Below, piece after piece: positions 39,989 through 49,263 of a stretch of DNA of 64,000 nucleotides. Made by a program: the position numbers and the translations under genes. Under the pieces are notes generated by a model. The model searched no databases and was not told the DNA's origin. It saw only the letters and a list, made by a program, of their open reading frames with translations. The DNA is from a bacterium (GTDB lineage: Bacteria > UBA8248). The stretch lies in the NCBI GenBank assembly GCA_965202625.1, contig CBDBBI010000010.1, positions 2,048,001-2,112,000 on the forward strand, given 5' to 3'. The first letter of the stretch is position 1, and the number at the start of each line of letters is the position of its first letter.

Positions 39989-40636
39989 ATGTTTCAGCGC
40001 ATCTTTTTTGCGGCGCTCATATCGGGCGTGATCGCGGGTCTTTTCGTATCCGCCGTTCATTCGTTTCGCGTCCTCCCCTTGATGCGTCAGGCGGAAGAAT
40101 TCGAGGCACAGAGAAAAGAACCTGTCCCCCCAGCCGAGGATGCGGGCGGCGGCCTCCCGAGGTTCGCGCTCACGCTGGTTTCGAACTGCCTCGCGGCGAT
40201 TGGCTTCGCGCTGCTGCTCGTCGCCTGCTTCGCCCTTCGGGGGAACGTGGACGGGAAAAAGGGAATCCTCTGGGGGATTGGCGGATTCGCCGTCTTCAGC
40301 CTTGCGCCTTCTGTCGGCTTATCACCCGTGCCTCCTGGTGCCTTCGCCGCTGCCGTGGCGGATAGGCAGATTTGGTGGGTTCTCACCGTGGCGGGTGCGT
40401 CCTCGGGTCTGATTCTGTTGGTTTTCAAACCTGGGAGTGTTTTCAAGGCTCTGGGGGTTGTCCTCATCCTTTCGCCGCACGCTCTGGGCACCCCGCATCC
40501 TGATGTGCATGGTGGCGCGGTGCCCGATGCTCTGGCGAGAAGCTTTGTCCTGGCGGCGCTCGCCGCCTCGGCCATGTTCTGGATCGTTCTGGGTTTTTGC
40601 GCTGGCTATTTTTTCAATCGCCTGTTCAGGGAGTGA
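39989..40636 (+). CDS. cbtA: CbtA family predicted cobalt transporter subunit
   Basis: MF.RI...AL..G..AG, PL..QAE.FE, G..WG..GF..F.LAP..GL.P..PG, RQ.WW..T, PH..G.PHP. Confidence 0.85.
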   Translation: MFQRIFFAALISGVIAGLFVSAVHSFRVLPLMRQAEEFEAQRKEPVPPAEDAGGGLPRFALTLVSNCLAAIGFALLLVACFALRGNVDGKKGILWGIGGFAVFSLAPSVGLSPVPPGAFAAAVADRQIWWVLTVAGASSGLILLVFKPGSVFKALGVVLILSPHALGTPHPDVHGGAVPDALARSFVLAALAASAMFWIVLGFCAGYFFNRLFRE

Positions 40637-40774
40637 TATTCTCTTGCGATCCCCAGACGATCTGTGAAGTTTGGCGCCCGTACGTAGTCGCCCATTTACC
40701 CTGGCGGTTCCGTTCCTGCTCGGCGACAGGTACCTTTTTTGTCCATCCTCGCACAAAACCGACCGGATTACTTA

Positions 40775-40910
40775 ACGATAAATCGTAAAATATCGATATT
40801 TTGTAATTTATAGGCCTCTTTTTCTTATCCCTTCATCCAGCGGGTTATTTCGTAAATCATTGTTTTTGTGATGATTTACAGAAATTTTCTATTTTGGCAT
40901 AAATTTTGCT
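40775..40910 (+). promoter_or_regulatory. Sigma54 (-24/-12) promoter with upstream palindromes
   Basis: TGGCATAAATTTTGCT at 40895-40910 (GG-N10-GC); palindromes ACGATAAATCGT (~40775), AAAATATCGATATTTT (40787-40802) and GTAAATCAT-N10-ATGATTTAC (40852-40879). Confidence 0.75.
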
Positions 40911-40968
40911 TAAAATATAATAACTATTGTTTCATGTCTCTCCTGGAGATAAGGGGAAGGAGGCGGAG

Positions 40969-41148
40969 ATGGAATTTCTCAAGGTGTATGTCATGGCGGC
41001 GTTGCCCGTTTTTATCGCTTTCGGCGCGATTTGGTGGTTTATGACCTGCAGCGTCGTCGCGCATCTTCCGAGGAGGGCCTCGCGCGCGGCTGCTCCCGAA
41101 GGCGGCCGGGCCGTCGTCAAACAGGCGAGATGGCAAAAAGCCGCGTAG
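40969..41148 (+). CDS. Small single-TM protein (59 aa)
   Basis: Strong AAGGAGG RBS, one hydrophobic helix, basic tail; first gene after the sigma54 promoter. Confidence 0.65.
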   Translation: MEFLKVYVMAALPVFIAFGAIWWFMTCSVVAHLPRRASRAAAPEGGRAVVKQARWQKAA

Positions 41149-41188
41149 AAAATGCGCGCAGCACATGCAAACAGCGGAGCGAAAACCC

Positions 41189-41659
41189 ATGTATCAGCGA
41201 ATTTTGATTCCCCTGGACGGTTCGGAGGAGGCGGAAGCTGCCGTGGATGAGGTGGTGCGCCTCTCGCCGAACGCGGAAGTCGTTCATCTGCAGTTGGTGG
41301 AGAACGGTGTCATGCAGTCGAGACAACTTGAGGGCTACGCGATGTATGCCGATCAGATCGAGGATGCGCGAAAGCGCGCGGGCACAGCGTATTTGCGTCC
41401 TTTGCGGGAGAAACTCGAGTCCCGGGGCTTGCGCGCGGAGGTTTCCGTGAGCACCGGCGATCCATTGAGTCAGATAGTCGAGAGGGCGGAAAAACTGGAC
41501 GCCGACCTCATCCTGCTCGGCGGCGAGGAGCCCAGGTGGTTCAGAAGACGTCTGGGGCTGGCGCGCCTCGCCCCGCGCCTGGCGAAGAAAGTGAAATCCC
41601 GTCTCTTGTTGACGCAAGATTCGGTGCAATCTCCAAAAACCCTCAAGAGAGTCGCTTAG
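41189..41659 (+). CDS. Universal stress protein
   Basis: MYQRILIPLDGSE.A, GDP...I...A....ADLI. Confidence 0.88.
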   Translation: MYQRILIPLDGSEEAEAAVDEVVRLSPNAEVVHLQLVENGVMQSRQLEGYAMYADQIEDARKRAGTAYLRPLREKLESRGLRAEVSVSTGDPLSQIVERAEKLDADLILLGGEEPRWFRRRLGLARLAPRLAKKVKSRLLLTQDSVQSPKTLKRVA

Positions 41660-41844
41660 AGAAAAACCTGCCGTGGCCCAATCACTGGGCCACGCCCCCA
41701 CTTGCCTCCCCCCTGGTGGTCCACGCTGTCCAGCACCGGGCCGCCGGGCGGGGAATCCTCACCTTCTGTCGATCTGGTCGCGTTCCGCTCGTATTCGCTG
41801 GATGGTAGAATCTCCTCTCGTTCGAATCGCTTGGGGAATGGCGG

Positions 41845-42741
41845 ATGCGGATTGGCGTCTTGTGTCGTGATGAGACCTTGCACGGCGTGCGGAGAATCTC
41901 AGAGAGCGCCAGGAACAGAAAGCACCAGGTGCAGGTTCTGGATCCGTATCGATTTTTGCTCAAACTGAACGAGGGGGGAATGTCGCTCGAGTTTCGAGGC
42001 TTGCCCTTTTCAGGAGCGGACGTCTTCCTGCCGCGCCTGGGGGCGAACATATCAGAGCATTCTCTCGCCCTTGTTCGGCACCTGGAAGGCAGCGGCGCTT
42101 TGTTCGTCAACGGCTCCCATGCGCTTGAGACCTCGCGGGACAAACTGCGCACCCTGCAGCTTTTGGCGCGAAACGGCTTGCCGGTGCCGAGAACGGCGTT
42201 CGCTCCTGATCCGAACTATCTGCGCGCCGCGCTCCACAGCGTGGGGGGCGCGCCCGTCGTCATCAAGTTGCCGCGCGGGACGCAGGGCAAGGGTGTAATG
42301 CGCGCCCACGGCCCGGAGGAGGCGCAGTCCATCTTGGACGTGATGTGGAGTCTCCAGCGCGACGCCCTTGTTCAGGAGTACGTGGAAGAGGCGCGGGAGA
42401 GGGATCTCCGAATCATCGTCGTCGGCGGTGAAATTGCGGCCGCCGTAAGAAGGCGCGCGTCTGCCGGCGAGTTTCGCGCGAACTTCCATCGGGGCGGCTA
42501 TGTACGAGCAGTCGTTCCGGCCGCCCGAAGCGCAGAACTCGCCAAAAGCGCCGCGAAATTATGTGGTTTGGAAATCGCCGGCGTGGATTTGCTGGAAACC
42601 AGTCGCGGCCCCTTGGTTTTGGAGGTGAACGCCGCCCCTGGTTTTGAGGGCGTGGAGCGCGCCGGCGGCCCGCCGGTGGCCTCCATGATTTTGGATTACG
42701 TTGAGCACCGCTACGAGGAATGGAAGAGGAGCAAGGCGTAA
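41845..42741 (+). CDS. rimK: RimK family ATP-grasp alpha-L-glutamate ligase
   Basis: RDKLR.LQLL...GLPVP.T, VIKL..GTQG.GV, LVQEY, EFRAN.HRGG, LEVN..PG.EG. Confidence 0.88.
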   Translation: MRIGVLCRDETLHGVRRISESARNRKHQVQVLDPYRFLLKLNEGGMSLEFRGLPFSGADVFLPRLGANISEHSLALVRHLEGSGALFVNGSHALETSRDKLRTLQLLARNGLPVPRTAFAPDPNYLRAALHSVGGAPVVIKLPRGTQGKGVMRAHGPEEAQSILDVMWSLQRDALVQEYVEEARERDLRIIVVGGEIAAAVRRRASAGEFRANFHRGGYVRAVVPAARSAELAKSAAKLCGLEIAGVDLLETSRGPLVLEVNAAPGFEGVERAGGPPVASMILDYVEHRYEEWKRSKA

Positions 42742-42889
42742 TTCGTTTGCCGAGGTTTTCGCACTGCCCCTATAATCGACCGCTGACCTTAAAGAGGGTC
42801 GCCGCAAGGGTGCGCCGCCGGCGCCGCGTTTTCGGAGCGCGTGAGGATCGCTTTTTGGACGAGAATACTAAAAGGGGAGAAATTCGTTG

Positions 42890-44212
42890 ATGAGCGACGT
42901 TGACGCGATATGCCATGCGGCGAGAGACGCTGCCCTCGCGCTGGCTCCCTTGAGCGATGGGGCGAGAAATCGCGCGCTGGCCGCCGTGGCCGACGCGATT
43001 GACGAGAACGCCGGGCGGATTCTGCGTGCGAACGAAGAGGACGTCGCCGGCGCGCGGCCACTCTTGGCGCGCGGAGAGATGTCCCCACCGCTGCTTCGGC
43101 GCCTTGAACTGAGCGCGCACAAGATAGCGCAGATGGCGGCTGGCGTGCGCGAGGTGGCCGGGCTGCCGGACCCGTTGGGCGTCGTGTGCATGGCGACGCT
43201 GCTTGATGAGGGACTTACGCTCAGGCGCGTCACGTGTCCTTTGGGCGTGATCGCCGCCGTATTCGAGTCAAGACCGGACGCCCTCGTGCAAATCGCCTCG
43301 CTCTGCCTCAAATCGGGAAACGCCGTCATCCTCAAAGGAGGCCGCGAGGCCGCGCATACAAACCGCCTTCTGGCCGATCTGATTCGGCGCGCTTCCTCGG
43401 CGGCGGGAGAGTTTCCGGCGGATGCCCTGCAGCTCATCGAGGCGCGAGAGGACGTGCAGACGTTGTTGTCGCGTGACGACGCGGTGGATTTGCTCATACC
43501 GCGCGGCAGCAACGAGTTCGTGCGCTACATCAAGGAGCGTTCCTCCATTCCGGTTCTGGGCCATGCGGATGGAGTTTGCCATTTATACGTGGATGAGGCG
43601 GCGGAGACAGATATGGCCGTGCGCCTCGCCCTGGACGCGAAAACGCAATACCCTGCGGTTTGCAACGCGATAGAGACGCTTTTGGTGCACGAGCGCAAAG
43701 CGGGAGAATACCTCCCTTTGGTCTCTGCGGCCTTGAGGGAAAAGGGGGTGACCATTCGGGGCTGCGATGCGACGATAGCGATTCTCGAAGATGCGGAGGC
43801 GGCCTCCGCGGATGACTGGAAAATGGAATATCTGGATTTGATCATCTCCGTCCGCGTGGTGGCCTCCCTTGCCGAGGCGGTGGATCACGTCAACCGGTAT
43901 GGTTCGCGTCACACCGAGGCGATCGTCACCTCGGACGAGGCGGCGGCGCGGACGTTCTTGTCGAGGGTGGACGCCGCCAGCGTCATGTGGAACGCGTCCA
44001 CGCGCCTGGCGGATGGTTTTCGCTACGGATTTGGCGCGGAGGTGGGAATCGCCACCGACAAAATACACGCGCGCGGCCCCGTCGGCCTGGAGGGATTGAT
44101 GACCTATAAATACCATCTCACGGGAAGGGGACACCTTGTCTCTGACTATGAAGGCGCGGGCGGGCGGGCGTTTCTTCATCAGCCAATTTCCCTGCATGAC
44201 GAGACCGACTAG
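42890..44212 (+). CDS. proA: Gamma-glutamyl phosphate reductase
   Basis: PLGVI...FESRP, KSGNA.ILKGG.EA, IPRG, K..YP.VCNA.ETLL, NASTR.ADG..YG.GAEVGI.T.K.HARGPVGL. Confidence 0.96.
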   Translation: MSDVDAICHAARDAALALAPLSDGARNRALAAVADAIDENAGRILRANEEDVAGARPLLARGEMSPPLLRRLELSAHKIAQMAAGVREVAGLPDPLGVVCMATLLDEGLTLRRVTCPLGVIAAVFESRPDALVQIASLCLKSGNAVILKGGREAAHTNRLLADLIRRASSAAGEFPADALQLIEAREDVQTLLSRDDAVDLLIPRGSNEFVRYIKERSSIPVLGHADGVCHLYVDEAAETDMAVRLALDAKTQYPAVCNAIETLLVHERKAGEYLPLVSAALREKGVTIRGCDATIAILEDAEAASADDWKMEYLDLIISVRVVASLAEAVDHVNRYGSRHTEAIVTSDEAAARTFLSRVDAASVMWNASTRLADGFRYGFGAEVGIATDKIHARGPVGLEGLMTYKYHLTGRGHLVSDYEGAGGRAFLHQPISLHDETD

Positions 44213-44226
44213 GGGGGCGTCCACTC

Positions 44227-44544
44227 TTGCGCAGGTGGGTCGTCGCTTCGTTTCTCGCTTTTAGCGGCGCGCTCCTCGTCTTGTTGTTCGCTTTTCAGAA
44301 CCCGAAGCGTGAAGAGATGCCCCTCGCCAAAGGAGACGGCGCGATCCTCTATCGCCAGAACTGCGCCGTCTGCCATGGCGTGCGGGGGGCGGGCGGAATC
44401 GGACGGCCTCTTCGTGGCCGCATCCTTCCCGTTGCCTTGATAAAGCAGATCGTCCAAAGGGGGCAGAACAAAATGCCCGCCCTGCCCCACCTCAAGGGCG
44501 AGGCACTGGAGGACGTGGCGAGATACGTGAATCGCCTGCGCTAA
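44227..44544 (+). CDS. Membrane-anchored class I cytochrome c
   Basis: N-terminal TM, CAVCH heme motif, distal Met in KMPAL. Confidence 0.88.
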   Translation: MRRWVVASFLAFSGALLVLLFAFQNPKREEMPLAKGDGAILYRQNCAVCHGVRGAGGIGRPLRGRILPVALIKQIVQRGQNKMPALPHLKGEALEDVARYVNRLR

Positions 44545-44576
44545 ACTTTGCATCCCTGCCTCTTTGGGCCGGTGCC

Positions 44577-45353
44577 CTAGACCTCGCTTCTCTGCGCGGT
44601 TTTCACCGCCAGAGTGAAGGAGACGAAGCCGAAGCTCAGCATGATGAGGAGGGAAAGCCCCAGCCCGGGCAGGCTGTCCACGGCACCGGGCGCGCTCATG
44701 TAGAGCGTTCGCCTCAAAGCCGCCACGCCGTATGTGAGGGGGTTGATCTCCATGACGAGCCCGATGAGGGGATGCGCGCCCGAGGTCGGAAACACCGCAC
44801 CGGAGAGCAACCAAAGAGGTATCAGCAACAGGTTCATGATGGAGTGAAAGCCTTGGGTGGATTCGATTCGCCAGGCGAAGAGAAGCCCGAGCGCGGTGAG
44901 TGCGAAGCCGATGAGGCCCATCACCGCAACCGAGGCGAACGCCGCCGCCAGTGTGAGCGGAACGCCCGCCAGAGGAGCGGCGAGGAGCAGGAGAATTCCT
45001 TGCAGTAGCGCCAGCGTGGCGCCGCCGAGCGCCTGTCCCAGTACGATGGCTGAGCGTGGGACGGGCGCTGCGAGGACGCTTTGCAAAAAATGTGCTTTTT
45101 TGTCATCCACCACGGCGAAGGTGGAGAAAATGGCCGTGAAGAGCACCACCATGACGATGATGCCCGGATAGAAGTATTCTAGGTACCCTTCTCCGCCGCC
45201 CGAATAGCGAAAACTCCGCCCAAAGCCGCTACCCAGCAGCAGCCAGAAAAGAACAGGCTGGCCGAGCGCGCCGATGACGCGGCTGCGCTGACGCAAAAAG
45301 CGGACGATCTCACGCTGCCAAATCGTTCCCATGCAGAGCAAAAAAGGAGTCAC
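44577..45353 (-). CDS. ABC-2 type exporter permease
   Basis: RE..RF.R..SR, Y..Y..PG, P...LSGA.FP, NPLTY.V; GTGA overlap with the ATPase. Confidence 0.9.
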   Translation of the reverse strand: MTPFLLCMGTIWQREIVRFLRQRSRVIGALGQPVLFWLLLGSGFGRSFRYSGGGEGYLEYFYPGIIVMVVLFTAIFSTFAVVDDKKAHFLQSVLAAPVPRSAIVLGQALGGATLALLQGILLLLAAPLAGVPLTLAAAFASVAVMGLIGFALTALGLLFAWRIESTQGFHSIMNLLLIPLWLLSGAVFPTSGAHPLIGLVMEINPLTYGVAALRRTLYMSAPGAVDSLPGLGLSLLIMLSFGFVSFTLAVKTAQRSEV

Positions 45354-46315
45354 CGCTTCTTCGCCTTGGGGTTGGGAGGGGGGGCGTCCGCGTCGATGAA
45401 GCGTTTTCCTGTTTGTTTGATGAAAACGTCTTCGAGCGTGACTTTTCCCAGGACGATGGATTTCAGCTCGCCGGAAAACGCCTCGACGATTTTTGGAATG
45501 GCCGCGTGGGGATCGTTCATCTCCGCGCGCAAGAAGCCGTCCACGCTTTTCACGTCGCACGAAAACATGGCCTGCAACTTCGGAAGCAGGGATTCGGGGT
45601 TTCGCGCTTCGATTGTCAGCACGTCGCCGCTCACCTCCTTTTTGAGCGCGTCGGGTGCGCCGATGGCGACGAGGCTTCCCTTGTGGAGGATGCCCACTCG
45701 ATCGGCGTGGTCCGCCTCCTCGATGAAATGCGTGGTGAGCACGACCGTGGCGTCCGTTTCGTCTCTCAGCCTTCGGAGCGCGTTTCTGAAATCGATTCTG
45801 GCACCGGGGTCGAGTCCCGCACTGGGCTCATCCAGCAGCAGCATATCGGGCCGAGGCAGAAGCGCCTTGGCGAGTTCCGCTCTGCGCTGCAACCCGCCTG
45901 AGAGGGTTTCGACAAAATCCTTTTTTCGGTCCTCAAGGCCAAATCGCTCCAGAAGATTCGAGGCGGCCTCTCGCAGGGGGCGGCCAAGCATTCCGTGGAG
46001 TCTTCCGTGATGGAGCATGTTCTCCAAAACGGTGAGTTTCGGGTCCAGGCTCGGTTGCTGGAACACGACGCCGATTTTCCTGCGCACCGAATGGGGAGCT
46101 TTCCGCACCGAATGACCAAAGACGCGCGCGTCGCCGGAGGATGGGCGCATGAGGGTGGCGACGATGCGGAACAGGGTGGTTTTGCCGCCGCCGTTCGGGC
46201 CGAGAAGTGCGAATATCTCGCGCGCTGACACCTCGAAGCGCACGCTCCTGAGGGCGACGCGCTCTCCGTAGCGGTGCGATACGTCTTGAACGGCCAGGGC
46301 GGGGTTTGGCTTCAA
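45350..46315 (-). CDS. ABC-2 type exporter ATP-binding protein
   Basis: GPNGGGKTT, LSGG, LLDEP..GLDP, TTH..EEA, TLEDVF...TG. Confidence 0.92.
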   Translation of the reverse strand: MKPNPALAVQDVSHRYGERVALRSVRFEVSAREIFALLGPNGGGKTTLFRIVATLMRPSSGDARVFGHSVRKAPHSVRRKIGVVFQQPSLDPKLTVLENMLHHGRLHGMLGRPLREAASNLLERFGLEDRKKDFVETLSGGLQRRAELAKALLPRPDMLLLDEPSAGLDPGARIDFRNALRRLRDETDATVVLTTHFIEEADHADRVGILHKGSLVAIGAPDALKKEVSGDVLTIEARNPESLLPKLQAMFSCDVKSVDGFLRAEMNDPHAAIPKIVEAFSGELKSIVLGKVTLEDVFIKQTGKRFIDADAPPPNPKAKKR

Positions 46316-46689
46316 TGCGATGCGTCCCCATCGTCGGCGCGTGAGAATTTCTGGCTGAGGAAATAATCCACGTTTAGCCAGATGGCCCGGGAGTAGCGAA
46401 ACGAGAATAGCGGAATCAGAATGCAAAGCCCGCCCCAGATGATGAGCTGCGTCCTCAGCCCCGGCGCGATGAGGCGCTCGGTGAGAAAATAGCCGCTCAG
46501 ACAGATGAGGATCGTGATCGCGTAGTTGACGTAGATGGCGCCGACAAAATAGCCCTGCTCACGCTCGATGAGATATCCGCAGGCGGGACATTGCCGGTGC
46601 ATGTGAAACAGGCCGGTGAAAAGAGGCTCGGGACACCTCGGGCATATCAGCGTCCCCCCGCGCCTCAGGGCGTTTAGGAACCCTCTCAT
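46312..46689 (-). CDS. DUF983 family zinc-ribbon membrane protein
   Basis: CPRC...LF...CPACG...ERE.GYF.GA.Y followed by two TM helices. Confidence 0.8.
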   Translation of the reverse strand: MRGFLNALRRGGTLICPRCPEPLFTGLFHMHRQCPACGYLIEREQGYFVGAIYVNYAITILICLSGYFLTERLIAPGLRTQLIIWGGLCILIPLFSFRYSRAIWLNVDYFLSQKFSRADDGDASH

Positions 46690-47111
46690 GGCCTTGGATA
46701 GAGCGCGTAGAGGAAGAGATAGACCAAGACGCCGGTGAAGGAGACGTAGAGCCAGATGGGGTAAGTCCAGCGGGCGATGCGGCGATGGCGCTCAAAATCG
46801 CCCCTCCAGGCGCGATAGAGGGTGATGATCGCCATGGGAGGCACCAAGGCGGCCAGAACGGAATGCGTGATGAGAATGAAGAAATATACGTAGCGAATCC
46901 AGCCCGTTCCCCTAAACCCGACCGAGCCCACCTGAAAATGATAAACGAGATAGAAAATGAGGAACAGGCAGGAGACGAGAAACGCGCTCGCCATCAAGCG
47001 CTTGTGGGCTTCCACTTTTTTGGCACGAATCCGCCTCACCCCGAGAATGAGCAAAAGCGCGCTCGTGGCGTTCAACAAGGCGTTCAGCGTGGGCAGATAG
47101 TGAAGGGGCAT
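46686..47111 (-). CDS. DUF420 family protein (CtaM-like oxidase assembly factor)
   Basis: LPTLNA.LN, HK..M..AF..S..FL..Y..YH, IL.TH..LA, HRRIARW..PIWLYVS.TG. Confidence 0.88.
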   Translation of the reverse strand: MPLHYLPTLNALLNATSALLLILGVRRIRAKKVEAHKRLMASAFLVSCLFLIFYLVYHFQVGSVGFRGTGWIRYVYFFILITHSVLAALVPPMAIITLYRAWRGDFERHRRIARWTYPIWLYVSFTGVLVYLFLYALYPRP

Positions 47112-47143
47112 GGATCTTCTGAAGCGTCCCTGGGCGGCTTGGC

Positions 47144-47440
47144 CTAGAAATCCGGCAACACCATCAGGACGACGAACACGCACAAGATGAGCGGTATCAT
47201 GGCGATGAAGCCCAGCGCCGCTTTCTCGAATTTCAGGTGCATGAAGTAAAGGGCGACGAGCACCGCCTTGGCCAGGGCCATGATGACGAGGAGTGCCCCC
47301 TTCAGCAGTTGCGGATAGGCGGGGCTCGCTTGGGGAATGCCGGCGAGCACCTCGAGTATCGTGAGCGCCAGCAGCCACCAGAAGATGGCCATGTAATTCA
47401 CGTGGTGATCGTCGTGTTTCGCGTGGCCTGCGCTAACCAT
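47144..47440 (-). CDS. ctaF: Cytochrome c oxidase subunit IV
   Basis: Y..IF..L..LT..EV, KA.LV.LYFMHLKFE. Confidence 0.88.
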   Translation of the reverse strand: MVSAGHAKHDDHHVNYMAIFWWLLALTILEVLAGIPQASPAYPQLLKGALLVIMALAKAVLVALYFMHLKFEKAALGFIAMIPLILCVFVVLMVLPDF

Positions 47441-47498
47441 GATGTGCGTGTTCTCCCTCAATCGAACCAAAGCGCGCCTCGGACGGCTCTTTGGGCGG

Positions 47499-48119
47499 TC
47501 ACAATAGATAGATGAACGTGAATACCAGAATCCAGACGAGGTCAACGAAGTGCCAGTAGAGGCCCGCAATTTCGACCTCGCTCCAGTTTGTGGCGGAATA
47601 GGCACCCCTCGCGCCCCGAACCGCGATGACGGCCAGGTAGATGACGCCGCCGGTGACGTGCATTCCATGAAAACCGGTGATGATGTAGAAGGTCGTACCA
47701 AAAAGGCCGTCCCCCCACTTGTTGGCGGAAAGGCCGAGACCCTGGTGAATGAGATGGGTCCACTCATATGCCTGCAAGCCCAGAAAGATGAGCCCGCCGC
47801 CGACGGTGAGCCACAGGAATTTCACCAGCCCTGCCTGATCGCCCCTTTTGATGGCGTCTAGCCCCTTCACCATCGTCACGCTGCTGCAAATGAGCAGGAA
47901 CGTCATGAACGCCGTAAGGGAAATGCCCAAAACATCTACGGGCACCGGCCAGTTCGCGCTGTTGCCCCGTATGATGGCGTAGCCCGCCAGCAAGGTTCCG
48001 AACGACATGGCGTCGCCCGCCAGAAATACCCACATCCCCAGCTTGCCCCAACTCTCGGGGGTAAGGGGGGTTTCCGTTGGCTCCACTTCGTGGGCGTGAT
48101 CTACGGCGGCTTCACTCAC
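47499..48119 (-). CDS. ctaE: Cytochrome c oxidase subunit III
   Basis: KLGMW.FL..D, T..LI.SS.TM, Q.YEW, FY..TGFHG.HV..G, GLYWHFVDLVW. Confidence 0.92.
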   Translation of the reverse strand: MSEAAVDHAHEVEPTETPLTPESWGKLGMWVFLAGDAMSFGTLLAGYAIIRGNSANWPVPVDVLGISLTAFMTFLLICSSVTMVKGLDAIKRGDQAGLVKFLWLTVGGGLIFLGLQAYEWTHLIHQGLGLSANKWGDGLFGTTFYIITGFHGMHVTGGVIYLAVIAVRGARGAYSATNWSEVEIAGLYWHFVDLVWILVFTFIYLL

Positions 48120-48143
48120 TGCGCCCTCTCTTTCTCATGCAGA

Positions 48144-48383
48144 TTATTCAGAAAAAATACCTTTGCTCGCCGATGCTCTGTCCTTGGCGCGTCGCGAGTT
48201 GTAGGTGAAATAACCGCCGGCGATCATGGCGATCAAAAACGGCATGCTGATCAGAAAGCCCATGCTCCAGAGAAAGCCCGGCTCGCCGTCCAGCCCGCAG
48301 ACCGCGCAAGCAAGGGCGGCTTGACCGTTGAGAACCTCAAGTCCCGCGACCGCAACGATGGGTATGTGGGCGACCCGTTTCAC
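48144..48383 (-). CDS. Small exported/membrane protein with CxxC (ACAVCG)
   Basis: AAGGAG RBS, signal-like N-terminus, CAVC, one TM; lies inside the cox operon. Confidence 0.65.
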   Translation of the reverse strand: MKRVAHIPIVAVAGLEVLNGQAALACAVCGLDGEPGFLWSMGFLISMPFLIAMIAGGYFTYNSRRAKDRASASKGIFSE

Positions 48384-48455
48384 TTGAAATCTCCTTGCGT
48401 TGAATATGCCACCGCCTTGGGGAGAGTGTCAACGTTTCCGACGGTTTTCGCGGCG

Positions 48456-49133
48456 TCAGAGCAGATACACCAGAAAGAACAAAACCGGCCAGAGTCCCAC
48501 CACCAGATGCCAATACATAGCGCACGTGATGACGCCGGTGGGATTTTCGGGGGAATACTTGCCTAGGCGCGCGCGAATGAGAACCACGAGCAGCCAGCTC
48601 GCCGCGCTGAGTACGTGAAACCCGTGCGTCCCGATGATGGTGTAGAAGATCGATCCATAGACGCTCGATGACGCCGTGAGTCCGAAACCAACGAGGCGCA
48701 CCCACTCGTAGCCCTGAATGGCGAGAAAAAGGGTTCCCAGCGCTCCTGTGATGGCGAGAAATCGTGGCAGGGCGCGCGTCTCGCCTGTTTTGAGCGCGCG
48801 CAGGGCGCGCGCCATGAAGTAGCTGCTCAGGAGCAGGAACGCCGTGTTGACGGCGGTGACTTCCACGGGCAGACGCGGCTGAAAAGGAGGGGGCCAAGGC
48901 TTTCCGCTGAAGCGGAATACCAGAAAGGCCCCCACGAGGCCAGAGAAGAACATGAGCTCGCCCGCGATGAGAACCAGCATGGCGAGCTGGGCGTTTCCGA
49001 GCGCAGGTTTTCGAGCGGGGGGCGAACCTCCCGAATTTCCTCCTCCCCCCCCATCGTCGGGCGGCGTCGGCGGAGGCGCGCCTCCCCCTCGCCGCGGAGT
49101 TTCTTTTGGGGGTGCTTCCAATACGGGATGCAA
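48456..49133 (-). CDS. Second cytochrome c oxidase subunit III-like protein
   Basis: E.MFF.GL..A, NT..LL.SS, Q.YEW, FY...G.H..HV, YWH.V..LW; Pro/Gly-rich N-terminus. Confidence 0.9.
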   Translation of the reverse strand: MHPVLEAPPKETPRRGGGAPPPTPPDDGGGGGNSGGSPPARKPALGNAQLAMLVLIAGELMFFSGLVGAFLVFRFSGKPWPPPFQPRLPVEVTAVNTAFLLLSSYFMARALRALKTGETRALPRFLAITGALGTLFLAIQGYEWVRLVGFGLTASSSVYGSIFYTIIGTHGFHVLSAASWLLVVLIRARLGKYSPENPTGVITCAMYWHLVVGLWPVLFFLVYLL

Positions 49134-49144
49134 GGCGACTCCCC

Positions 49145-49255
49145 CTAGTTTCGGATGATGGCCACGGTCCAAGCGAGACCGGCCAGGCACGCGATGAAGA
49201 GCAGGAGATAAGCACCGGTGCGCCGGTTCTTGTTTTTGACGCGCCTCTCCTCCAT
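49145..49255 (-). CDS. 36-aa single-TM micropeptide in the cox operon
   Basis: MEERRVKNKNRRTGAYLLLFIACLAGLAWTVAIIRN fills the gap between ctaB and the coxIII-like gene. Confidence 0.6.
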   Translation of the reverse strand: MEERRVKNKNRRTGAYLLLFIACLAGLAWTVAIIRN

Positions 49256-49263
49256 CGGCGCGG

